A DNA stretch of 64,000 bases from Eledone cirrhosa (GCA_964016885.1 OZ024742.1:252464001-252528000), one strand, 5' to 3'. Counted from the first letter of the stretch, positions 36,913 through 51,433 are shown. Translations and numbers: made by a program. The notes: a model not told the origin generated them from the sequence alone.

Positions 36913-37677
36913 ATATATATTATCTTATTGATTCAGGATGTTTTTTTTCCTTTCCAGATATTTTTGCAAATGCTGAAAGGAATATTGGAAAAAGTTAATT
37001 CTATATTAGCATCTAAATACAACATGTGTACACATACACACATACACACACATGCACACAAGCACACATGCACACAAGCACACATGCACAAGCCTGCACA
37101 TACACATGGATGCAGATGCCCATTTGCACATACTTGCAAACATACACACATGCACAGACAGGCATACACACAAACATGCATGCTGATGCACACGTTTGCA
37201 CATACACACATTCACAAGCTGTTCAAGATAATTGATTCCTAGAAACTTTTGAAGCTGGTGTTTTACCATCATTTCTGTTTCATCTTGGATTTCAGACACT
37301 TTCCTTTTAGTTTTAAATGAAAACAATAAATAAAGTTCTTAATTGAAAGAAAATGATTTGGATTTGGCAAATGCCATATAATAATTATTCTCAGAAATAT
37401 CCCCAAAGTATTTTCATTTTTGAAATAGTGTTACTGATTTTTGTACTTTTTTTATTTTTTATTTCTTCTATACATTTCCACATTTTTAAACAAGATTAAG
37501 GCAAGTACTTTTTTATTTTTTTAAATAAAATGTGAAAATTATTTTTTTTAAATTTATTGCTTGTTTTGCCTCATTGTGAAGTGGATTAGGGTGTTTGTTT
37601 TGTGTTTTGATTAATAGATTTATTACGTTGTTTGGTACAACTAAGTAACACAATCAGTTTTGTTTCTTTATATTATA

Positions 37678-38430
37678 CTAGAAGTCGTACCCAGCCTTAC
37701 TTGGGTATATTTACCCAGTTGATACCAAACTGTCTGAAATCAACACAGACTCTCCAATAGGAAACTGCTTATTTTAAAATGTTTATATTTATCTAAAACA
37801 TTTCGATCATAATTTTATGGAAGACCCTGTAAGCTATGCTCCAAACGCCACTTTAATATGAAAGTTATTTCTCTTACTATATCCCTCCAAATTCTTGATT
37901 ATTTTCAAGATTATTTGAAAATCAAGGCAGTGTCTTTCATATGAAATATGGAAATAAATGGGTTAATACCTATTATGAATATAATCACATGAATTGACTA
38001 CATTTTAGATAATTTTCAATTTGTCTGGGAATATTGGTTCATTTAGAATTGTTACATCAAAACCATCCAGAAAGTGGTTCAAATTGAGCTTCATAAAAAT
38101 GCAGAAAAATAAATTTGTAGAGAATGTTAAGTAAAGATTTACTTTTACATAATTTTTTCTGGGAAAGATGCTTTTTTTTTTCAAGATATTGTAATAATTT
38201 ACATAATTAGTGTAAATTAATTTTCTTTTTATTCAGTAAACTGTTTCAAAACCTATTGCTGTACTTGTAGGTATTCAATATTCCTAGTTTTTCTGTCAGA
38301 AGCTAAAAAGATTAAATTTCACTTAAAGTCACATAATCTAAGACCTTCTAGTTGAAAAGATGTTCCTATGCAAAATTTCAGCTTCCTAGGTGCAAAACAG
38401 TGGCTACAACTTGGAACATACATATATATA
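37678..38430 (-). mobile_element. Older non-autonomous Helitron-like element containing a family 2 MITE (37714-37962)
   Basis: a-CTAG followed by a taccca/tgggta hairpin at the left end; tgcaaaatttcagcttcctagg...acatacatatata at the right end. Confidence 0.55.
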
Positions 38431-38726
38431 TATATATCATCATCATCATCATCGTTTAACGTCTATCTTCCACGTTAGCATGGGTTAGATGGGAATTGTC
38501 CCACTTGAGGCAAGATTGGTCAGGTGACCGTGTCTCACTTGTATAGGACTATCTGGCAGGTTTTCTACGGCTGGATGCCCTTCCTAACACCAACCACATT
38601 TACAGTGTGGACCTACACGACCACGTTACAGTGTGGACTGTGTGATATATATATACACATACAAACATACAAACATACATAAATACATCCATCCATCCAC
38701 ACATACATACATACATACATACATAC

Positions 38727-39340
38727 ATGGTGGCTGCCAACTCGTTTTCGAGTACGGCCACTACTTTATATCCATGTAGGAGAACCCCTACCGATGCGCT
38801 AAACAAGTGTGACTTTTTAGTCCAGCCAGCGACTTGAAAACTCTGGTACAAACACTACACCTGTGACAATTCTTGACACATAGTGCTGGGCCCACGGCAC
38901 CATGTGACGGCAAGTGCAGAGAGATCTCCAGATACAAAGCAATGCCTGTGCCGTGAAGCTTTTATAGTGAGCAAAGGCACTGCACAAAGCCAGTCTCACT
39001 CTCTTAACCAAGATGATATTTACCAAAAAGAAGAACAAGTCAACATCATTGGATACCATCAGGGTTGCAGGTGTTATATCAGAGTTTTCCTTCTCCTAGA
39101 ATTCTGCCTTGACAAAGGCTAAGGGGGTCATTTCTCCCAGTGATTTTGGATGGCCATTGACTCTTAAGAGCTCCTTTTCCCTTTGACAAGTTTTGTTTTT
39201 AGTCCTGCAGGATGTCCAAAGTCACCCTCCTCACCAAGAAACCTTGGTGGGGTTGCCAGTTTAGTCGCCAACGACCCGACTATGAGACAGGTTGTACTGG
39301 GATACATGTTACCAGTAGCACCAACTGGTGACCTGACATA
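38727..39340 (-). mobile_element. GC-richer element resembling an RTE-type 5' UTR, bounded by (ATAC)n on both sides
   Basis: The minus strand contains tctaggagaaggaaaactctga, a motif I recall from RTE 5' regions; several hairpins; no recognisable ORF. Confidence 0.45.
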
Positions 39341-39342
39341 GA

Positions 39343-39449
39343 TACATACATACATACATACATACATACATACATACATACATACATACATACATACATA
39401 CATACATACATACATACATACATACATACATACATACATACATACATAC
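39343..39449. repeat. (ATAC)n microsatellite
   Basis: Direct reading. Confidence 0.95.
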
Positions 39450-41230
39450 CCATAACCTATAATTTCTTTGTGGATGACCTGAAACTCTATGCCAAGAACA
39501 TAAATGGGATGAAGAAAAATCTTGACCTGATTACAACATTCTCAAAGGATATAGGAATGGAGTTTGGCCAAGATAAATGTTCATATATGACTGTAAAGTG
39601 GGGAAAAATAACAACCCAATCTAACAACATTTTTATCACCGATATCTGATGAGGACTGTTACAGATACCTGGGGATAGATGAGAATATATCCTATAATGG
39701 TATTTGTAATAAGGAATGTGTAACCAGGGAATATTACCCTTGATTAAGAAAAATATGGTCATCGGAACTCTCTGCACATAATAAAACAGTAGCTCACAAT
39801 GTGTCTGATGTACCTGTCCTAACAGTACAGACAGCATTTGTATATTGCATCATATCCCTCTGACAACATTTACAAACCTCCTAACATAGGAGCCCATCCA
39901 TTGAGCAAGTCTATTTGCATGAGACAGATAAGATCATGAGAGTTGGGAAGGAACTCCTTGAAAGATAATCCCTGCATGATAATCAAAAGCTCACACCCAG
40001 GGAAATTGCCCAGCAATACAACAGTGAATTCATGGATGAAAAACTGCATGCTTATCAGCAAAATTTCATGCATGGATATGTTGCCAGGAAGTTCCAGAGT
40101 GAGAGTAATATAGATAAACAAAGTAGTCTATCTTGGAGCAGCAACCGCTATATTGGCTCTCACTTTGAAGGATATGCATTTGCAATCCAAGAACAGGAAA
40201 TCAACACGAAATACCTGATTCACAAAAGAGATAGAGATGCAGGAAAACCCCTTAATGCGACAACAAATGCTGACTCTGCAGAATTAACATCAAAGGTGTC
40301 ACTCATGTCATAAGCAGCTGTCCAAAGATGTCATCACGGTACTATCTACCTGTGAAGCATGATGTAGTGGCCAAAACACTGTATAATGCAATCCGGAGAA
40401 AAGATAGCCCAGACAATAAACTCATGTTTAAGACATACACATACTTAATATGAAAGAGTACTGGTGGAATGTTCCAGTAAAAACCCCAATAAAATGCAAA
40501 CATAAGAGAACAGATATAATTGTTTCTACTTTTGGTACAAGGCCAGCAATTATCCCAGTGTGTTACTGGTACTTTATTTTATCGACCCCGTAAGGATGAA
40601 AGGCAAAGTCAACCTCGGTGGGATTTGAACTCGAACAGATATAATGATATGTGACAGGGAAAAGAAGGCTTGCACAGAAGTGGAAGTTAGCTTCCCAACA
40701 GATGTCGATATAATTTTAAAGATCAGGGGAAAGGAGAATATTTATGCAGAACTAATGAGAAATCTACAGATACTCCACCCTGACTAAACCTTCAGATTTA
40801 TACTTGTGATTATTGGAGCACTAGGATACGTTAGTAACTGCCTCTGTACAAATCTTGAGCAGCTATGCTTCACAGAAACAGAAAGAATACAACTAGTTAG
40901 GAAATTACAAGTACAATCCATTAATGGAACTGTAAAAATATGTAAAACATTCTAAAAATTCTGCATCTAATAACACCATGTACACATGTACAGATATAAA
41001 ACATATGCACATTCACAAATACAACTCAAAACATACACATTCACACATACAACTCAAAACATACACATTCACACATACAATAACATCCATACCTGCACAC
41101 ACACGCCTACACACACACATGCAGACATGCATACATATCTACAAAGTTGATGTTCGTCGAAAATTCAATGAAAGAGTCTTGTGTCTATGATAGAAACTGA
41201 CTCTCTCTCTCTATTGGTAAACATTTATTT
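39450..41230 (+). mobile_element. R4/Dong-like non-LTR retrotransposon with restriction-like endonuclease, 5' truncated and decayed
   Basis: FFVDDLKLYAK, DIGMEFGQDKC, YRYLG, EGYAFAIQEQEI, CCHC knuckle remnant (HVISSCP...KHD), RTDI..EVEVSFP..KENIY, IIGALG. Coding region ends at ~40970. Confidence 0.85.
40521..40632 (-). mobile_element. 5'-truncated family A SINE inside the RLE domain
   Basis: 13-bp TSD gaacagatataat at 40508-40520 and 40633-40645. Confidence 0.9.
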
Positions 41231-44200
41231 CTGAGTTAACCCATCCCATCCTCTCTCTCTCTGTCTGTCTCTCTCTTGCTCTCTCTTACTTGCTCTCTTT
41301 CCTCCTCCCCCCTATCTTGGTGAGAAAAATAGGGTATTCTTGGCTGGAAACCTTTGATCAGAAGTCTGCTTCATCATGGCTGCCACATTGCTAAACAACA
41401 ACAAAGACAACAACTTTATTTTAGAGAGAACACTATTATAATTATTAATGAAATTGTAGTAGTACATTCTGAACTGTTGAAGTATAGTATGATTTGATTT
41501 AAATGCAAGAATGATGATGGTAGTGATGATACATGTGATGATGGTGGTGGTGATGAGTGTGATGATGATGGTGTAGTGTTGGTGGCATCAGTGATGTCAT
41601 CATCATTACTTATTTTCCTTTATTAATTAGCCAAAAGAATAGGGAGAGCATCATGATATTTCAGGCTCTCCAAAATTTGGTGAAAATGGAGTTGATACTC
41701 AGTTTAAATTTCTATAGGTTGATATATGTCTAAGAAAAATAGGGTTAGATTTGAGAAACGTTAGAATGTCGGATAGAATGGTTTGCAGTGTTCATTTTGG
41801 TCAATAACTAAGGTACCAGTCCAGTACTGGGGGGTCGATTCTTCCTCTATATCTCTTTCTCCCTTCCTCTCTATTACTCTCACTCTCTCTTCTTCTCAGG
41901 AAGATATCAGATATGTTCAGACTTAGAAAGGAGATTGGTTTTGCCAGGTTTAAAATATTCAATATATGTATGTCATAACAGAGCATCAACAACTCAATCA
42001 GGAGTTACATACTAATACAAGGACGAGGGAGACATTGGGATATATGAGAAAGAAAAAGGAAGGAGCATTGAATGAAATTGGGCAAAAGTGATATGTAACT
42101 TCCTAATTCAAAGAGTCAAAGGCTGTTGTAATAGAAGACTCTCCTCCTTCTCCCCCTCAGCTGAAAATGCATACAAGCAGTAGCTGGGTGTTTAATCCTG
42201 TGTTGGAATGGTGTCCTGTTCAGAGAGGAGTCATGTACTCTCAGTCGCTTAACACCATGGAAACCAGGGTAAGCACCAGTCTGATAAGTCCATGAATTTG
42301 AGACAGACATTAGAGTAGAGAAAGTAGTGGACTGGCAATATTGGTAGAGCATTGGAGAAAAATGCTTTGCAGTATTTAGTTACAACTTTCTATGCTCTGA
42401 GTTCAAATCATGTCAAGGTCATCTTTGCCTTTCATCTTTCTAGAGCTGATAAAATAAAGTACTGGTTAAGTCAGTATAATCAACTTTCCCCTTCCCTTTG
42501 ATTACTTGCCTTGTATCAGGATTATTATGTGAGGGGAAGTTGCCACCAATTTTCAGAAGAGGATAAAAAAAATTGTGTACACCAAGTGAGTGTCAACAAA
42601 TATATAGCTTGAAGGGTAGAAAAAATAGTTTTCAGTTCCTTGACCTTTCATGATCAGAGATATTTAGCATTGAGTGACCTTTCTTAGTAAATCTATTTAT
42701 TTTCAGCAACTATAAGAGCTGGGGAAATGTAGAATCAAGTATTTTATCCAGAAATACGATAAAATGCCTGTGTAGATTTTAATTTTCTGTCATCCACTCA
42801 GAAATTTCCCTTCTACAGAATGACACATCTTGCTTGTTTAGAATGTCTTGAATTTTAAACATTATTCATAATGGTAAAATAACATTACAAATTATTTATA
42901 ATTCTTACGAAATGGAAATATACACACAAATAATATATAAAATCATATTCATCATCATTTTACATCTGCTTTTCCCTGCTTGCAAGGGTGGGACGGTTCC
43001 TTTTCAACACAGCATCTCTCCATTTTTCCCAGTCCTTCGTCATCTCCTCTGTGAGCTTCAGCAATCTGAGGTCAGCTCTCACCACCTCCACCCATGATTT
43101 TTGTGGTCTTCCTCTACTGTCTTCCTTCCACTGGGATTTCTTTGCACTTCTTTACCCAGCGGTCATCCTCCATGCACATCACATGTCTATACCAACACAG
43201 TCTTCTCTCCCACACACTATAGTTTATCCCTCTTATACATAGTTTCTCTCTCAACTAGTCTATGCTTGGTCTTTCACGCACATTAATATTGCACATCCAT
43301 GCTTGCTTCATTTCTCTCCAGCCGTTGCTTATCCTATGCAGTTGCTGCCCATGTCTCACTAACATGCAGCATCGCGCATCTCACACAGGTATCATATAAC
43401 CAGCCTTTAGTTCATAGGGTTAGGGTTAGGGTTAATATTTTAAATCATTTTGATTTTATATTTTTATGTGGCAGTGATAGATACATTTTTCAAATGCAGG
43501 TAGGATCTATAGAGGTGGTTGATAGCTTCTGATACCTAGGTGATCAGATTAGCAAGGGAGGGGGGTGCTCCGAGGCCATAGTTTCTAGAATAAATAATAA
43601 AAATATAAGATCAAAATGAAAGAAAATATTAATTCAACACTATGTGTCAATCAGTTAAACACCGCAAGGAGAGCTGGAGTTTCTCTCTAATGAATTATGG
43701 AATTATTACAACTTTTACATTTATCTCTTGAGAGTATTGCAGTCAGCTATTTACAATTATTTTTTTATAGAAATTGGTTAAGTGTCCTAAAAAATGATTT
43801 AAGAAACTAGGAGAACAGTGACTTCAAAAGAAGTTTTTAAATTTCAAAATCTGTGCTTGCCATCAACTTACTTATTTCTCAGATATTAGATTTATAGAAG
43901 AAAGGAAAATTTGAGCATTTAAATAAATTTGAATACTTATTTGTTAGTTAATCTTTCTTTACTTTAACAGAAAGATTTATATAAGTTTACTATTTTCTTA
44001 GCAAATTGCTTGCAGCAGAATATCAGCTTATATTCCATTGGTTAGGCATTTAATCTTTTATTCATTTGACCATTGTGATTGGTGAAAGTCCTAGTTAAAA
44101 ACATAATGTCCAGTTAATATAATTAAAATCTTGAGGGCAGTGGATAAGCTAAATTATTAGCATGTTGGATAAAATGCTTTGCATTATTTGTTCTAGCTCT

Positions 44201-45238
44201 TTACAATGTGAGTTCAAATCCCACCAAGGTTAACATTGCTTTTCATCCTTCCAAGGTCGATTAAATAAAATACCATTCAAGTAGTGAGGATGATATAATC
44301 AACATTCCCTTCCCCACAAATTTTCTGGCCTTGTGTGTAAATTAGAAATCAATATAATTAAAATATTCAACAGGGTGACAAAATGTTAGACTTTATTTAT
44401 TTATTGAAACAAATATTCCAAATTAATATCCGTAATATTTGATTATCTCTGTTATGCAGTAGGTCATTTCGTTGATCCAATACTTCAGCTGTATTGAATG
44501 CAGCATGCCCAAATTGATAAGAAGCTCGCTTCACAGGTATTAGGTCACAGGTTCAATCTCACTGCATGTCATCTTGGGTATGTGTCATTTACCATAGTCT
44601 TGGGTCAACCTAAGTCTTGTGATTGAAATTAGGAAGAAAGAAACTGTTTGGAAGCCCTTCAGATGGACTGTATTGGTAATTCAAAGAACCAGACATGTTG
44701 AATCTCCCTGAAAATGATGTTATACGTGAACATGTTAATTCTATGAACAGGTTGCCCATTGATCAAACAACTGGAACATTCATTGTCAAAACTGACAGAG
44801 ATCCATTCTGCTTTTGATGTAAAAATAAAAATAAGATTTAGTTTTTAATCAGTGCCTACAAAGGAATGTAGAGCAGAAAGCCACTTCTAAAAATATAGAC
44901 TTTTCCTTGTATTTGATAGGCTTTTAAATTAGAGAGCTAAAAATCTTGTAAGTAAGTGATAATGATTACAAATTAATATGACTGATATGATTATACAAAG
45001 GGTGCATTTCTATTTGCTGTAAATTATCACAATGAATATTCTGCAGGGAAATAAGCAAATTGTATTGGGAGTCATTAATATTTCAATTTACAACAGTGCA
45101 AAGGTGAATCAGAAGGAAATCTGAATATATTAATCAATTATAGATATTCTATTCCAGTTCTGTGTAGTAGCTATACAGGCCAGACTTCCAAACTATTGTT
45201 AGCTGGTTATGTATCTATCTATTTACTTATCTATATCT

Positions 45239-45292
<54 letters not shown>

Positions 45293-45307
45293 ATCTCTCT
45301 CTCTCTT

Positions 45308-45342
<35 letters not shown>

Positions 45343-45929
45343 CTGTCTGTCAGTCTGTTTGTCTATCTCTTAGCTGACATTTTCTAAATGACATGATCTC
45401 TATATTATGGGACCTTGAAGGCACTAGCCAAAAAATGTTGTTGCATTACTTTTCTATTACTTTTCTTGAAGAGCTAAACCTTGCCACTTGAAAATATTAT
45501 TCAGTTTGAACTATAAAATACATCTGCTGAAGTCACTAACATATGCCTGGCTTTTAGCCAAGGGAAGAAGTTGTCAAGTGGTGTCCAACTTTCCTTTGGC
45601 GTTCCAACTCTACTAATAATGTTTACAGATTAATTAGTTTCTCAAATTTTCTTTCATCCTCGTAATTACTGTGTGAATATATCAGACAAAGTTGCTACAT
45701 TCAAGTTCCATTGATGACTTTATTTACTTCATGGTTGATCATAGGAAGAAGGCAAATGTCCATACAGACTTTCTGAGATGAGTGTAAGATTGATGCAGTT
45801 GGTGTTTAACTTGAATTTCTAAATGTTTAAGTTAAGAGAAGGACAATTTAGGGAATTACTGTGCAGTTACAATGAAACTGAAACATACTCAAAGTAGTTT
45901 CCCATACTTGCTGAAATAATAAAAATAAT

Positions 45930-46116
45930 TGTTTCTACTTTAGGCACAAGGCCAGCAAATTACCCAGTGCATTACTGGTACTTAATTTTATCGACCCCGT
46001 AAGGATGAAAGGCAAAGTCAACCTCGGCGGGATTTGAACTCAGATCGTAAAGGGACGTAACTATGCTGGAAGGCATGGCGTCCGACACTCTACCGATACT
46101 GCCAATCCACCACCCT
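45930..46116 (-). mobile_element. Full-length family A SINE (other copies at ~14140, 25445, 26715, 42330, 44140, 57836 and 58285)
   Basis: TSD tgaaataataaaaataat at 45912-45929 and 46117-46134. Confidence 0.9.
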
Positions 46117-47224
46117 TGAAATAATAAAAATAATATTATTAATTGATTAATAGTGTACTATTTTTTAATGCGTAATTATTCCTAATTGATTTTTTCATGT
46201 TCTCTGTATTAATATTAAGTAACATAACTATGTTTTTCCTTGGTTTCTTCTGTTACAAATACAGACAGCACCAAGCTATTTGCCACACCAGTCAAAATCT
46301 ACTTGATGTACCTGCTTTCTTTCCTCTTACAATCATGCTTCAGTCATATTGTAACTTCATCAGCAAGCACAGCTTTCATTGAACTTGCCAAAGTAGTGAT
46401 GCCAAAATTACTAAACAAAACTACAAGATTGTACACTAGTTAATGAAGAAAGGCAGAATTGTTTAAAGAATTGTTTAAGTTTTAAATATGAATCATTAAT
46501 GGATGCAGCATGACCAAATGGTTAATAAGGTTGCTTCACAATCTTCAGGTCCTGGGTTCGATCACATCCGTGTGATATGTCTGGCAAGTGTCATTTACCA
46601 CAGCCTTGGGTTCACCCAAGCCTTGTGAGTGAAATTTGGTAGACAGAAACTGTTTGGAAGCCTGTTGGATAGACTCTACTTGTAAATGAATGGGACAACC
46701 TTGTGATACACTGTGGTGTGCTGAATCTCCCTGAGAATTACGTTAAGGGTATACGTTCCAGTAATCAAACAACTGGAATATTTGTCATTAAAGCTGACAG
46801 ATGACCATTCTGACATTCCTGAGTCGTTCTTATGTATAGTAACTGTGTTCCTATCAGAGATGTTTTAGAGGTTTTTATTCAAAAAATATATTCATGCTTG
46901 TGAAGGCATGTGCCTTAATGGTTAGGGTATTCGGCTTACAATCGTAAAGTCATGAGTTTGATTCCTGGTGGTACATTATATCCTTGAGCAAGACCTTTAT
47001 TTCTTGTTGCTCTAGTTTAATCAGATGGTAAAAAATGATTGTACCTGTAATTTGAAGAGTCAGCCTTGTCACATTCTGTGTCCTGCTGAATTTCCCAGAA
47101 AACTATGTTAAGAGTACACATGACTGTGGAATGCTTAACTACATGTGCATTAATATCACAAACAAGTTGTTCCATTAATCATACCAACTGGAACACTCTA
47201 AAGGAAATATATGGATAGTATTAA

Positions 47225-47445
47225 CCCTTTAGCATTTACATTACTCTATATATAGTATTATATTTTCACAGTAAAGGCTTTACCTCACATAATTATCTCA
47301 CATAATATTGAATGTATGAGATTTTGATATTATTCATTTTGAGAACAATATCTTAACATAGTTATGAGCTACTGATTACAGCCAGTTTGAACAGAAAGAG
47401 GTGAGAGAATTCTGGCCGGATACAGTCGGTTTAAATGCTAAAGTG
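47225..47445. mobile_element. piggyBac-type MITE, family 1
   Basis: TTAA-ccctttagcattt; right TIR mutated (aaatgctaaagtg). Confidence 0.8.
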
Positions 47446-47689
47446 TTGAAGGGAGGGTAGTTTATTGCACGATTGACCTTAAAAAAGACTCCACCCTTTC
47501 ATCCCTCCATCACTCCCTCTATCCACTCCCCCATCACCTCTACTCTGCAACCACCTCAGTCAATGTCATCTCCCACTGTTCAAAGTAACGCTTTTTACTT
47601 TATGGTTGACAAAAAAAATATACATAGCCAGGAACCCAAACTGTCACAGTTCTTAACCCTGCTCCCCCTCACTGCATGTGGGTGTGACT

Positions 47690-49080
47690 GAATGTGTTTG
47701 TGTGCCTGAATATGTATGTGTGTCTGTGTTGTACATGTGTGTGTATATGGGTGTGTGTCTGTGTCTGTGTGTTTCTGTGTATGTATATATATGTGTGTGT
47801 GTATCTGTGTATGTGTGTCTGTAATTGTGTGTGCTTGTGTGTATATATATGTATGTGTGTCTGTGTTGTACATGTGTGTGTATATGGGTGTGTGTCTGTG
47901 TGTTTCTGTGTATGTATATATGTGTGTGTGTCTGTGTGTATGTGTGTCTGTAATTGTGTGTGCTTGTGTGTATATATATGTATGTGTGTCTGTGTTGTAC
48001 ATGTGTGTGTATATGGGTGTGTGTCTGTTTCTGTGTATGTATATATGTGTGTGTGTATCTGTGTATGTGTGTATGTGTGTCTGTAATTGTGTGTGCTTGT
48101 GTGTGTGTATATGTATGTGTGTCTGTGTTGTACATGTGTGTGTATCTGGGTGTGTGTCTGTGTCTGTGTGTTTCTGTGTATGTATCTCTGTGTGTGTGTA
48201 TCTGTGTATGTGTGTCTGTAATTGTGTGTGCTTGTGTGTGTATATGTATGTGTGTATGTGTGTCTGTAATTGTGTGTGCTTGTGTGTATATATATGTATG
48301 TCTGTCTGTGTTGTACATGGGTGTGTGTCTGTGTGTTTCTGTGTATGTATATATGTGTGTGTGTCTGTGTGTGTGTGTCTGTAATTGTGTGTGCTTGTCT
48401 GTATATATATGTATGTGTATCTGTGTTGTACATGTGTGTGTATATGGGTATCTGTCTGTGTCTGTGTGTTTCTGTGTATGTATATATGTGTGTGTGTCTG
48501 TGTGTATGTGTGTCTGTGTATGTGTGTTTCTGTGTATGTATATATGTGTGTGTGTCTGTGTGTCTGCAATTGTGTGTGCTTATGTGTATATATATGTATG
48601 TGTGTCTGTGTTGTACATGTGTGTGTATATGGGTGTGTGTCTGTGTCTGTGTGTTTCTGTGTATGTATCTCTGTGTGTGTGTGTATTTGTGTATGTGTGT
48701 CTGCAATTGTGTGTGCTTATGTGTATATCTGTATGTGTGTCTGTGTACATGTGTGTGTATCTGGGTGTGTGTTTGTGTTTCTGTGTATCTATCTCTGTGT
48801 GTGTGTGTATATCTGTGTATGTGTGATTGGGTATGCCTGTGTGTTTGTGTTTCAGTGAATGTATCTGTGTGTGTCTGCGTATATCTGTGTTTGTGTGTCT
48901 GTATAATTGTGTGTGCCTGTGTGTTTGTGTTCATATGTATGTATCTGTGTGTGAGTGTGCGCATGTCTATGTAATTGCATGTGCCTGTATGTGTGTCTGT
49001 GTCTGTGTCTCTGTGTGCATGTATGTGTGTGTAAGTGTTTGTGTGTATGTATGTATGTATGTATGCATGTATGTGTGTAT
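47690..49080. repeat. GT-rich minisatellite with a ~130-bp higher-order unit
   Basis: Recurrent gttgtacatg and gtaattgtgtgtgcttg landmarks. Confidence 0.9.
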
Positions 49081-49212
49081 TTCTGAAATCAGCCCCCCCC
49101 CCCCCTTTTACTTTTCCATCCTTTTTGTTAGCTCTCAACACTAGTCCCTACTTCCACCATCCCCCTCTTTCTTTTTTGTTAGTTATATGATTCTGGAGAG
49201 TTGAAAACTGGT

Positions 49213-49297
49213 GCACACACACACACACACACACAGACACAGACACACACACACACACAGAGAGACACACACACACACACACAGACACAGACACAGA

Positions 49298-49336
<39 letters not shown>

Positions 49337-50034
49337 AGATACACACACACACAGACACAGACACAGAGACACACACACACACACACACACACAGAGACAC
49401 ACACACACACACACAGACACAGACACAGAGACATACACACACACACACACACACAGACACAGACACACACAGACACAGACACAGAGACACACACACACAC
49501 ACACACACAGACACAGAGACACACACACACAGACACAGACACAGAGAGAGACACACACACACACACAGACACAGAGAGACACACACAGACACAGAGACAG
49601 ACACATGAATACAGACACACACACAATCACATACAAACATACACACACACACACACACACACACAGACAGACACATGAATACAGACACACACACAATCAC
49701 ATACAAACATACATAAACTTGCACACACACACACACACACACAGACACAGAGACACAGACACACAGAGACAGACACATGAATACAGACACACACACAATC
49801 ACATACAAACATACATAAACTTGCACACACACACACACACAGACACAGAGACACAGAGACACAGAGACAGACACATGAATACAGACACACACACAATCAC
49901 ATACAAACATACACAAACTTGCACACACACACACGTACACACACACACACACACAGACACAGACACTCAGAGACACAGAGACAAACACATGAATACAGAC
50001 ACACACACAATCACATACAAACATACACAAACTT

Positions 50035-50096
<62 letters not shown>

Positions 50097-50249
50097 ACAG
50101 ACACATAAATACAGACACACACACAATCACATACAAAAATACACAAACTTGCACACACACAGAGACACAGAGACAGACACACAGACACACAGAGACAGAC
50201 ACATGAATACAGACACACACACAATCACATACAAACATACATAAACTTG

Positions 50250-50280
<31 letters not shown>

Positions 50281-50890
50281 AGAGACACAGACACACAGAG
50301 ACAGACACATGAATACAGACACATACACAATCACATACAAACATACACAAACTTGCACACACACATACACACACACATACAGACACACAGACACACAGAG
50401 ACAGACACATGAATACAGACACACACACAATCACATACAAACATACACAAACTTGCACACACACACACACACAGAGATACAGAGACATAGACACACAGAG
50501 ACACAGAGACAGACACATGAATACAGACACACACACAATCACATACAAACATACACAAACTTGCACACACACATACACACACACATACAGACACACAGAC
50601 ACACAGAGACAGACACATGAATACAGACACACACACAATCACATACAAACATACACAAACTTGCACACACACATACACAGAGACATGAATATACAATTAC
50701 ACACACAATCACATACAAACATCCACAGGCATACATCCACAGGCACACATTCACAAACATACTCAAACAAGCATACATGTATACATGCACACAGGCAGAG
50801 GCACACATACACCTTTACAGACTGAGGCACACATACACACATACACATATAGAGACTGAGGCACACATACACAAATACACACACTCACAC
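49213..50890. repeat. CA-rich minisatellite with a ~100-bp higher-order unit
   Basis: catgaatacagac..caatcacatacaaacatac..aacttgc recurs about 12 times from 49604 to 50700. Confidence 0.9.
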
Positions 50891-51147
50891 ACGCATTTTC
50901 TTATAATATTCCTAATATCAGAAATATTCCAGTAGTTGTATAATCTGTCTGTCCTTCATATTTAGTCTTCTCTTTGAATACAGAAATATTCTCAACTTCT
51001 TTGATATTTAAAACAATACATTGACCCTAATATTTGCCACCACCTCCGTCCTATACACAACTCTATTTTAATTAATTTATGGCTTGCAAAGAGAAACATT
51101 TTGATCATTAATTCATTGAAACATTTTTCTCAGGGTAAATTTGTTGT

Positions 51148-51433
51148 GGAGAGTTGTGGCCTAGTGGTAAGAGTGTTAGACTTACAATGATAATGTTGTG
51201 GGTTCAATTCCTGGACCGGGTTTTGTGTTGTGTTCTTGAACAAAACACTTCATATCACATTGATCCAGTATACTCAGCTGAAAATGAGTACCAGCAATAG
51301 TTGGGGGTTTATTAGTCTAACTATGGGCTGGTGTTCTGTCCCGGGAGAGTCTTGTACTCTCGTTCGCTTAATGCCACAAAAGCTAGGGTAAACACTGGCC
51401 TGGTGAACCTCAGGGCTTAAGACAGACTTTATA
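51148..51433 (+). mobile_element. tRNA-derived SINE (same subfamily as 7418-7698)
   Basis: gtggcctagtgg A box, gggttcaattcc B box, aaaatgagtaccagc centre. Confidence 0.8.

Noticed and set aside
49604-50700. Regularly spaced conserved motif resembling a CRISPR array
   Set aside because: The spacers are CA/GA microsatellite rather than unique sequence; eukaryotic context and no cas genes.
47595-50884. Dozens of overlapping 100-490 aa ORFs
   Set aside because: They derive entirely from CA/GT minisatellites.
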